A stretch of DNA of 64,000 bases from an uncultured Candidatus Binatia bacterium (GTDB lineage: Bacteria > Desulfobacterota > Binatia > UBA9968 > JAJDTQ01). The translations under genes and the position numbers were made by a program. Shown one piece after another: positions 56,194 through 64,000 of this stretch. Position 1 is the first letter of the stretch. Each line of letters starts with the position of its first letter. The notes under the pieces are model-generated. The model ran no database searches. It was not told where the DNA came from and saw only the letters and a program-made list of their open reading frames with translations. Location of the stretch: NCBI GenBank assembly GCA_965242525.1, contig OZ251459.1, positions 608,001-672,000 of the forward strand, read 5' to 3'.

Positions 56194-56356
56194 GGCTCCT
56201 CCTTGTGGACGGGTTCCCCGCGGGGGACCGGAACCGGCTTGGTCGTCTCTGCGCACGGCATCCGACCATGCGCGCGGCGCCTCTCGACGGTCCGCGCCTC
56301 CGGTCCCTTCGCCTGTTCGCGCCGTTTTCGCCGGGGGCCGGAGCACCGGCGCCGGG

Positions 56357-57787
56357 CTACTGGAAGCGTGTCCCGAAGTACTTCGTCAGGTCGATGTCGT
56401 CCGTGCCCGGGACCCGGATCTCCTGTGGGTAGTCGGACTTTCGCGTGGCGTCCACGCCCACTTTGGTGACCAGATGGGACCCGCCCGCGGGGTCGTAGGA
56501 CGCCGGGTCCAGCGGGGAGCCCCTGGAGTGGGTGACCATGAACACGTCCCGGTCCGCCCGCACCCGGGTGGCGATGGCGTGCATCACGTCGCTGTCGTTG
56601 CCGATGTCCACGTCCGCGTCCACGCACACCACGAACTTGAGGAAGGGGTCCGCGGCGAACGCGGCCATGGCGGCGTTCTTGGCGTCGCCGTCGATGACCG
56701 CGTCCATCTGGATGTAGCAGATGTAGCGGGAGCGGCCGCTGGGAGGCACATACACGGCTTTGACCCCGGCGCTGGCGATGCGGCAGGTGTGGTAGATGTA
56801 GCTGTTGCGGGTCACCCCCGAGAGCAGCAGGTTGTCGGCGTGGCCCACGAAGGAGCTCTGGTAGAGCGGGCTCTTCCGCATGGTCATGGCCTTGACATAG
56901 ACCACCGGGTTGATGCGCTGGGGTCCGTAGGTGCCGGGGTACTCGCCGAAGGGCGCCTCCTCCTCCCTTTCGGTGGGGTGGATCTCGCATTCCAGCACGA
57001 TCTCCGAGCTGGCTGGCACCTCCACGTCGATGGTCTTGCACTTCACCAACTCCACCGGCTTGCCCAGCATGGCCCCGGCGATGCTGAACTCGTCGGTGTC
57101 GATGGAGGTGAAGCTCAGGTTGCCGATGTTCATGGCCGGGTGGCCGCCGATGACCGCGGCCATCTGCGTGGGCCGGCCCTTGGCCTGGTTCTTCTTGAGG
57201 ATGTAATGGCCGTGGGCGGTCTCCGAGATCTGGATGCCGAAGCGGTTCCGGCCCTTCAGTTGCAGGCGGTAGATGCCGGCGTTGCGGATGCCCGTGTCCG
57301 GGTCCTTCATCACGTCGAACGCCAGCGTGATGTAACGCCCGGCGTCCAGCTCGTGGTACTGCAGGATGGGCAGCCGGGTCACGTCCACGTCGTCGCCGGT
57401 GAGCACCACTTCGTGGCACGGCGCCGAACCCCCGTCCACCACCACCGGCGGCAGCGGGTTGGCCTCGCGCCTGCCGTACTCGTGGATGAAGTCCGCGGGC
57501 GTGGCGTCGTAGGGCAGCCCGATGGCCATGGCCAGCCGCGGAAAGCTGGCGTGCATGTTGGTGACCAGCGGGATGGAGGATCCCCTGACGTTCTCGAAGA
57601 TCACGCAGGGGAACCGCTGCTGCCTTTCCAGCTTGGCGAGGATCCCCGTGACCTCGAACACCGGGTCCACCTCCCGGGCCACCCGGACCACCTCGTCGGG
57701 ATAGTTGGCTTCGAGAAAGGCGATGGCCTCCCCGAGGGTCCGGCCCATGCCGTCGGTTGCGTTGGCGTTGGTTGCGTTGGTCGTCAT
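56357..57787 (-). CDS. UbiD family (prFMN) decarboxylase
   Basis: DAGRYIT; NAGIYR; EAPFGEYPGTY; LDP; KVGVDAT. Confidence 0.93.
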   Translation of the reverse strand: MTTNATNANATDGMGRTLGEAIAFLEANYPDEVVRVAREVDPVFEVTGILAKLERQQRFPCVIFENVRGSSIPLVTNMHASFPRLAMAIGLPYDATPADFIHEYGRREANPLPPVVVDGGSAPCHEVVLTGDDVDVTRLPILQYHELDAGRYITLAFDVMKDPDTGIRNAGIYRLQLKGRNRFGIQISETAHGHYILKKNQAKGRPTQMAAVIGGHPAMNIGNLSFTSIDTDEFSIAGAMLGKPVELVKCKTIDVEVPASSEIVLECEIHPTEREEEAPFGEYPGTYGPQRINPVVYVKAMTMRKSPLYQSSFVGHADNLLLSGVTRNSYIYHTCRIASAGVKAVYVPPSGRSRYICYIQMDAVIDGDAKNAAMAAFAADPFLKFVVCVDADVDIGNDSDVMHAIATRVRADRDVFMVTHSRGSPLDPASYDPAGGSHLVTKVGVDATRKSDYPQEIRVPGTDDIDLTKYFGTRFQ

Positions 57788-57914
57788 GGCCGGACGCTTA
57801 ACACGTGGTTCCGTCCGTCGCAAGGGACCGCGGGTGGGGTCCGGTCAGGCCGGATGAGCCTGGCGTCTGCTTCCGGACGCGGTAGCCTTGCCGATCCGCA
57901 GGGCTGGAACGGGG

Positions 57915-58014
57915 TGTAAAACTCGTATCAAGGGTCTGTATTTCTCGTGTTAACTGGGTGTATTCCTCGTATTGGCAGGCTGTATTTCTCGTATGGAACT
58001 GTGGTAGAACTCGT
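57915..58014. promoter_or_regulatory. Five phased direct repeats (T/G)GTA-N3-CTCGT with 22-bp period
   Basis: CTCGT at 57922, 57944, 57966, 57988 and 58010. Confidence 0.7.
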
Positions 58015-58921
58015 GCTGGACCCACAGGATGCCCTGCAGGGTCTTCGGGGCGGAGACACGAAACGACCGCGGCTCCACGGGCGAACCCCCGGACCGATCC
58101 CCTTCACCAGCCGCGAGCGTGTCGCCGGCTGGATATTGCGCAGCGGGTACCCGGAAGCGCAGGACAAGAGTCCGCGGGCCAAACAGGTCTGGTTCAGGTC
58201 CTACTTGGAGGGACGGCTCTACAAGGACTTCGAGAGCCTGTACGCGGCCCGGGGCGACTACCACTCCAGGTTGCAGGCCCTGGCGCCGTACCTTGCCGGG
58301 CTGAGCGGCAACCTGCTGAAGTACGCCAACGTCGCCAACGACCTCGAACTGAACGACAAGCTGGTCAAGGACTACGTCGAGATCCTCGACCTCCTGTTCA
58401 TCGTCCGACGAGTGCCGGCCTACCGGAAGAACCGCGCCAACCGCCTCGCCACACGCATGCCCAAGGTCCATTACGTGGATACGGGGCTGGCGTGCCACCT
58501 GCTGGGTCTCCACGACGAAACGCAGTTGCTCGGAAGCCGCCACTACGGTCCCTTGCTGGAAAACCTGATCTACATGGAGTGCTGCAAGCACTCCGGCTGG
58601 GCGCAGGAAGACGTGGAGACGCACCATTTCAGGGACAACAGGAAGCACGAGACGGACATGGTCCTGGAACGAAGCGACGGAAGGATCATCGGCGTCGAGG
58701 TCAAGGCGTCCGCCAGCGTGAAGACCGAGGACTTCAAGGGGTTGGCGGAACTGGCGGACTTCGTGGGCGAGGCGTTCGAGAGGGGGGTGCTGTTCTATAC
58801 CGGGCAGGAGGCGCTGCCCTTCCGACACCGCGGCATGGCGTTCCACGCGCTACCGATGGGATTGTTCCTGGGTAGGGTCAGGGAAACCCCGGACGACCAT
58901 CCCCGTTCGTCCCGAGCGTAG
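58001..58921 (+). pseudogene. AAA_14/DUF4143 ATPase lacking its P-loop domain
   Basis: SGYPE; MPKVHYVDTGL; LENL; HFRD..ETD..GVEVKAS; no Walker A/B; C-terminus read from MITE sequence; start uncertain. Confidence 0.7.
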
Positions 58922-59122
58922 AGATACGAAAATTCCTATTTGTCCCGAGCGTAGAGATACGAAGATTCCCCATTTGTCCGAGCATAGCGACACGAAGTGC
59001 CCCCGTTCGTCCTGAGCGTAGCGAAGCGAAGTCGAAGGACGCGCTTTTCCACAGGGGGAGAGGGTTCGAGCCGGAATTGTTCGGAGTTTCCCAAAGTGGA
59101 TTCCCGCTTTCGCGGGAATGAC
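58882..59122 (+). repeat. MITE with four REP-A-derived units followed by a dRS3-like hairpin
   Basis: GGAAACCCCGGAC..TTGTTCGGAGTTTCC (ends 59091); TGGATTCCCGCTTTCGCGGGAATGAC at 59097. Confidence 0.85.
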
Positions 59123-59338
59123 GGGATGGGACTTCCGCAAGGACCAGCATCCAGGGTCTCTTCCAACCGTACTTTCGCCTTTGTCCCTGTGTGGCGGTTA
59201 TGGTATCCACCAGCGTGGCGCCGGAAGCATATTCGTACTCCTCTCATGCCTTCGGGCGAGCGTGGGTTCCCTACGGCCCACCCGGCGCCCCATTCACCCT
59301 CATACGTGATCCAGGCCCGTACCGGGAAGGAGGCTACC

Positions 59339-59590
59339 ATGCCCATTCGCGCTGCCTTACTGTCCACGACCCATTCCATCCCGGGCCGTGAAACCAGCCA
59401 ATCTCTCGGCGTGATCAGCGCGGAGTGCGTCCTCGGCATCAACGTGTTCCGGGATCTCTTCGGTGTCCTTCGCGACTTCGTGGGCGGGCGTAGCGGGACG
59501 CATCAAAAGGCGTTGCGGGAAGCCAAGGAAACCTGCCTTCGCGAATTGGCCAAGGAAGCCGAGAAGCTTGGCGCTGACGCAGTGGTCGGC
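59339..59590 (+). pseudogene. YbjQ/UPF0145 family protein, 3'-truncated
   Basis: AAGGAGG RBS; STTHSIPG..GINVFRD..RDFVGGRSG..LGADAVVG; the expected final GTAV strand is missing. Confidence 0.7.
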
Positions 59591-59612
59591 AATTTCACCC
59601 ACGGCAACCGCC

Positions 59613-61952
59613 TCACCCCTCTTTCCCTTTCTCTCTCGTCCGGCCCGCTTCGCGGATCAACCCCCGGATCCGGTTCGGCGTCAGGGGCAGGTCCCGGACC
59701 TGGACGCCCAGGGAGGAGAGGGCGTGGGACACCGCGTTGGCCAGCGCTGCGCCGCAGGCGACGATGCCGCCCTCGCCCGCGCCCTTGACGCCCAGGGGGT
59801 TGAGCGGCGAGGGGGAGTACTCGGTGACGATGCTTTCCATGGGCGGGATCTCCGTGCTGGAAGGCAGGGGGTAGTCGAGCAGGGTGGTGGTCAGGAGTTG
59901 GCCGTCCTCGTCGTAGGCCAACTCCTCCAGCAGGGTGCCGCCGATGCCCTGGGCCGCGGCTCCCAAGGCCTGGCCGTGCACCAGCAGCGGGTTGACGCAG
60001 CGGCCCACGTCTTCCAGCACCAGGTACCGCAGGATCTCCACCTGGCCCGTCTCCGGGTCCACGGCCACGTGCGCCAAGTGGCCGCCGTAGGTGTAGGTCA
60101 GACGGTCCGTGTGGAAGTACTCGGTGGCCTCCAGTCCCGGCGCACCGCCGCCCGGGACCTTGCCGGGGCGGGTCATCTCCAATAGCTCTCCCAGCCCCAG
60201 CAAGGCCCGATCCGTTCCCGCGGCGTGGACCAGGCCGGAGCGCAACTCCAGTCCCCCGGGCTCGGTCTCCAGCCGCCGGGCCGCGAGCTGCAAGAGCTTC
60301 TCCTTCAGGGCCGCGGCGGTGAGGTGCACGGCGTTGCCGGCCATCACCGTGCCGCGGCTGGAATAGGTGCCGCCGCCGTAGGGCATCAGGTCGGTGCTGC
60401 CGTGGAACACCGTGATCCATTCCATGGGCACGCCGAGGCCGTCCGCGCAGATCTGCGCCATCACGGTCTCGTGCCCCTGGCCCAGGGTGGCGATGCCCAG
60501 ATAGACGGCCACGCTCTCCGGTCCGGTGACCGCGACGCGCGCCCCCTCGGACGGCCCCAGGCCGGTGTTCTTCACGAACCAGCCGATGCCGACGCCGTGG
60601 TAGCGTCCCTCTTGCAGCCTGCCCTGGAGCGGCTTCAGGGCGTCGTACCCGAAACGCTCCAGGGCGTGTTCCAGCGCCCGGGGGTAATCGCCGCTGTCGA
60701 ACACGGTGGAGGCGATCCCCGGACGGGTGGCCCCCAGCTCATAGGGGATCTCCTCGGGCCGGATGAGGTTCTTGCGGCGCAACTCGATGGGGTCCATGCC
60801 CAGGTCCGCGGCCACCATGTCGAGCATCCGCTCGCGGAAATAGCACGACTCGTAGCGGCCCGGCGCCCGGTAGGTCCCCACCCCCATCTTGTGGGTCATC
60901 ACGCAGCGCACGTGGGCTTCGTAGGCCGGGACCCGGTACGGCCCCGGCAGCACCGCCGCGGTGGACGCGGGAACCAGCCCGCCGTGGGTGCGGATGTACG
61001 CGCCCATGTCGCCGTGGATGCGGGCGCGCATGCCCAGCAGCGTGCCGTCCCGCCGGGCGGCGAGCTCCAGCTCGCAGCGCACCTCCCGCGAATGGTTGGC
61101 CGCCATCAGGTGCTCACGCCGGTCCTCGATCCACTTCACCGGCCGCCCGAGCTTCATGGCGGCGAAGGGGACCAGGAAGTCCTCGGGATAGAACTCGCCG
61201 CGGATGCCGAAGCCGCCCCCCACGTCCGGCTCCACGAAGTGGATGCGGTGCTCCGGCAACCCCAGCAGCGAGGACAGCACCGCGCGGTTGAAATGGGGCA
61301 CCTTGGTGGGCCCCCACACCGTCAACTCGTTCCTGCCGGGGTCGTGGGACGCCGCCAGCCCCCGGGTCTCCATGGGGTTGCCCGTGTGCCGGTGCACCCG
61401 CAGGACCTCCTTCCGGGTGTATTCGGCCTCCCGGAACGCCCGCTCCACGTCGCCGATCTCGATGTCGTGGCCGCCGGCCACGTTGGAACCCTGTTCCTCG
61501 TGGACCACCACCTCGCTGCGCAAGGCCGCGTCCACGTCCGCCACCGCCTCCAACGGCTCGTAATCGACGCGGACGGCGTCCACCGCGTCCTCCGCGGCGT
61601 ACCGGTCCGCGGCCACCGCCACCGCCACCGGCTCGCCCACGTAGGCCACCTTGTCCCGGGCCAGCGGATACTGGAGGAAACGGTCCAGCCCTTCCAGCGC
61701 GTACATGCGCAGCGGGATGGGCTTGACCCACGCGGGCAAGTCCGCAAAGGTGAGCACACAGGCGACCCCGGGCAGCTTCAGGGCGTCCGCGGCGTCCACC
61801 GCCAGGATGCGCGCGTGCGCATGGGGGCTCCTCAGCACGGCCGCGTGCAGCATCCCGGGCAGCTTCACGTCGTCGATGAACGTGGCCTTGCCGGTGAGGA
61901 AGCGAATGTCCTCGCCGCGCCGGATCGGCGCGCCGATGTACGTCCGGGTCAT
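59613..61952 (-). CDS. Xanthine dehydrogenase family Mo-binding large subunit (CoxL-like, not form I)
   Basis: RSPHAHA; DVGGGFG; GQGHET; GTYSSRG; KGAGEG; active-site loop TYRAPGR. Confidence 0.92.
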   Translation of the reverse strand: MTRTYIGAPIRRGEDIRFLTGKATFIDDVKLPGMLHAAVLRSPHAHARILAVDAADALKLPGVACVLTFADLPAWVKPIPLRMYALEGLDRFLQYPLARDKVAYVGEPVAVAVAADRYAAEDAVDAVRVDYEPLEAVADVDAALRSEVVVHEEQGSNVAGGHDIEIGDVERAFREAEYTRKEVLRVHRHTGNPMETRGLAASHDPGRNELTVWGPTKVPHFNRAVLSSLLGLPEHRIHFVEPDVGGGFGIRGEFYPEDFLVPFAAMKLGRPVKWIEDRREHLMAANHSREVRCELELAARRDGTLLGMRARIHGDMGAYIRTHGGLVPASTAAVLPGPYRVPAYEAHVRCVMTHKMGVGTYRAPGRYESCYFRERMLDMVAADLGMDPIELRRKNLIRPEEIPYELGATRPGIASTVFDSGDYPRALEHALERFGYDALKPLQGRLQEGRYHGVGIGWFVKNTGLGPSEGARVAVTGPESVAVYLGIATLGQGHETVMAQICADGLGVPMEWITVFHGSTDLMPYGGGTYSSRGTVMAGNAVHLTAAALKEKLLQLAARRLETEPGGLELRSGLVHAAGTDRALLGLGELLEMTRPGKVPGGGAPGLEATEYFHTDRLTYTYGGHLAHVAVDPETGQVEILRYLVLEDVGRCVNPLLVHGQALGAAAQGIGGTLLEELAYDEDGQLLTTTLLDYPLPSSTEIPPMESIVTEYSPSPLNPLGVKGAGEGGIVACGAALANAVSHALSSLGVQVRDLPLTPNRIRGLIREAGRTREKGKEG

Positions 61953-62134
61953 ATAGGCTCCAAAGGCCGGCCTCGCACCGGGGGCCGGCTACGGTGTTGC
62001 GAACCGTTCGGGGACACGGCCGCGAGGCTCGACAGTACGGACACGGGTTGTTATCCTCCGATTCCCTTCCCCTCGAGGGGGGAGGGGATGCTACCCCGTG
62101 AAATGGGTGAGAGAAGGACGCTATCCCGTGAGAC

Positions 62135-62161
62135 CCTGCCCACACGAAATCCTGAAGAGTC
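62135..62161. repeat. Isolated right end of the GGC-ended element
   Basis: CCCACACGAAATCCTGAAGAGTC matches 15816-15838. Confidence 0.6.
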
Positions 62162-62363
62162 TTATCCTCCCATGTATGCGGCATCCCCGCCGCCGTCAAC
62201 CGGCGCGGGATTCAACGGGAGCAGATCCAAACCAGCGCGCCGGACCGCCGGGGTCGGGGACGGCGGGGATGAAGAGGGCGCACATGCGCGAACGGGCGCG
62301 TCGGCCCGGTGAGAGACCCGGAGGCCCGGGCCGCGTCCCCGCGCCACGGAACGGGAGGCCGTC

Positions 62364-62801
62364 ATGACCAGTTTGGCGAAAGCCACGAGAGCGACCATCA
62401 TTCCGACCCTCCGCTACCGGGACGCCGCCGCGGCCGTCGATTGGCTGTGCAGTGCGTTCGGCTTCGAGCGCCACTTGGTGGTCCCCGGCGAGGGCGGCGC
62501 CATTGACCACGCCCAGCTCGCCTTCGGCAACGGCATGGTCATGCTCGGCTCCGCCCGGGACGACGAGTTCGGGCAGTTCCAGCAGCCCCTGGCCCAGGCC
62601 GGCGGACCGGTGCCGCAGAGCCCGTATGTGGTGGTCTCGGACGTGGACGCCCACCACGCAAGGGCCGTGGCCGCGGGCGCGCAGGTCGTCATGGCGCCGG
62701 AGGACCAGCCCTACGGCGGGCGGCTGTACTCCTGCCGCGACCCGGAAGGCAACCTCTGGAACTTCGGCAGCTACGACCCCTGGGACCCGCCCGCGGGATA
62801 G
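62364..62801 (+). CDS. VOC/glyoxalase family protein
   Basis: IPTLRYRDA..AFGF; HAQL; RDPEGNLWNFG. Confidence 0.9.
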   Translation: MTSLAKATRATIIPTLRYRDAAAAVDWLCSAFGFERHLVVPGEGGAIDHAQLAFGNGMVMLGSARDDEFGQFQQPLAQAGGPVPQSPYVVVSDVDAHHARAVAAGAQVVMAPEDQPYGGRLYSCRDPEGNLWNFGSYDPWDPPAG

Positions 62802-62947
62802 CGGTGCCGGGCCCACTCCCTTGTTTGACTTATCGCCGGAAAAACCTGATATAAAGGGGGAACGGACCCGGACTGCATGGCGCGGCCATTGCACGGCCCG
62901 CTTCGCAGCCGAATTCGCAGCCCAATCGAGCGCAAGGAGAACATCCA

Positions 62948-63163
62948 TTGGCAACCTCCGTCACGGCTCCCATGGTTGGAAAGATACTGAAGATCGAGGC
63001 AGGTCCCGGCGCCGCGGTGGAAGAGGACGACGTGGTCATCGTGATGGAGGCCATGAAGATGGAGATCCCCGTGGTCGCCCCCGCGGGCGGCACGGTCAAG
63101 ACGGTCAAGGTCGAGGTGGGGCAGTCGGTGGAGGCGGGGCAGGAGCTCGCCGAGATCGAGTAG
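62948..63163 (+). CDS. Biotin carboxyl carrier protein
   Basis: APMVG; EAMKME; TTG start after AAGGAG. Confidence 0.92.
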   Translation: MATSVTAPMVGKILKIEAGPGAAVEEDDVVIVMEAMKMEIPVVAPAGGTVKTVKVEVGQSVEAGQELAEIE

Positions 63164-63196
63164 GCCCGCGGACTCGAACCCCGGACGGACATCGGC

Positions 63197-63313
63197 ATGG
63201 GCACCTGGGAATTCGGCCTTACGGTAGCGCTGGTGGGCAGCGTCGGCACGCTGCTGGTGCTGTGGCTCCTGAGCCTCCTGATCCTCCTGATGAGGAAGCT
63301 CTTCCCCTCCTGA
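63197..63313 (+). CDS. OadG-like small membrane subunit (38 aa; absent from the ORF track)
   Basis: MGTWEFGLTVALVGSVGTLLVLWLLSLLILLMRKLFPS; single TM helix between BCCP and beta subunit. Confidence 0.7.
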   Translation: MGTWEFGLTVALVGSVGTLLVLWLLSLLILLMRKLFPS

Positions 63314-63380
63314 GACCGGGCATGGTCCGCCGCCCCTAGATTCCCGGTCTCCCGGGAACGACCACCGAGACTCGAAGCGT

Positions 63381-64000
63381 ATGGAAGCTGCGATCCTCTC
63401 CGGAGCCCTGGGGCTGCTCGACGGCGTTTCGCACCTGGGGCTCGGCCAGGTGGTGATGATGGCCATCGCCGGGGCGCTCCTCTACCTGGGCATCCGGAAG
63501 GGGTTCGAGCCGCTGTTGCTGGTGCCCATCGGTTTCGGCGCCATACTCGTCAACATCCCCCAGGCCGAGCTCATGGCCGAAGGCGGGACCCTGCGCTTCT
63601 TCTACGACTTCGGCATCCGCACGGAGATCTTCCCGGTGCTGATCTTCCTCGGCATCGGCGCCATGACCGACTTCGGGCCGCTGTTCTCCAACCCCAAGAT
63701 CATCATGCTGGGAGCGGCCGGCCAGTTCGGCATCTTCCTGACCCTGCTGCTGGCCCTGGCCCTGGGCTTCAGCCACCTGGACGCGGTGGCCATCGGCGTC
63801 ATCGGCGCCTGCGACGGCCCCACCGCCATCTACGTGAGCTCGCGCTACGCGCCCCACCTGCTGGGGGCGGTGTCGGTGGCGGCCTATTCCTACATGTCGC
63901 TGGTGCCGCTGATCCAGCCGCCCATCATGCGCGTCCTGACTACCGCCAGGGAGAAGCAGGTCACCATGGGGGTCGTGCAGCAGGCTCCGGTGTCCAGGAC
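63381..64000 (+). CDS. Na+-transporting decarboxylase beta subunit (OadB/GcdB/MmdB), runs off the window
   Basis: FEPLLLVPIGFGAILVNIP; GAMTDFGP; GAAGQFGIF; IGACDGPTAI; AAYSYMSLVP. Confidence 0.93.
   Translation, partial: MEAAILSGALGLLDGVSHLGLGQVVMMAIAGALLYLGIRKGFEPLLLVPIGFGAILVNIPQAELMAEGGTLRFFYDFGIRTEIFPVLIFLGIGAMTDFGPLFSNPKIIMLGAAGQFGIFLTLLLALALGFSHLDAVAIGVIGACDGPTAIYVSSRYAPHLLGAVSVAAYSYMSLVPLIQPPIMRVLTTAREKQVTMGVVQQAPVSR

Overview
High-GC bacterial chromosome segment, densely coding. By inference it comes from a Deltaproteobacteria/Binatota-like, possibly host-associated heterotroph. Recognisable housekeeping genes are ssb, selC (tRNA-Sec), ettA, msrB, grxD, mutY, fxsA, a solitary nuoB and the start of a Na+-pumping biotin decarboxylase operon. 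They are mixed with many uptake systems (TTT, TRAP, ABC parts, DMT, MATE), catabolic enzymes (hydantoinase/oxoprolinases, CoA-transferase III, amidohydrolase, GMC, UbiD, OCD, Mo-hydroxylase) and two toxin-antitoxin pairs (HicBA, VapBC). The left end carries a Slam/type XI secretion gene between two TbpB-like surface lipoproteins, preceded by a degenerate CRISPR-like mini-array (three 30-bp repeats, two 32-bp spacers). The most striking non-coding signal is a nested family of non-autonomous repeats: GGC-ended elements contain paired dRS3-like hairpins, which contain GGAA-ended MITEs, which contain a REP-like core. Comparing copies shows a central segment in opposite orientations, an insertion with a 4-bp target duplication whose empty site is also in the window, a probable deletion scar with two gene stumps, and captured gene ends. 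No transposase, integrase or cas gene was found. All product calls rest on motif recognition only; no database searches were run.
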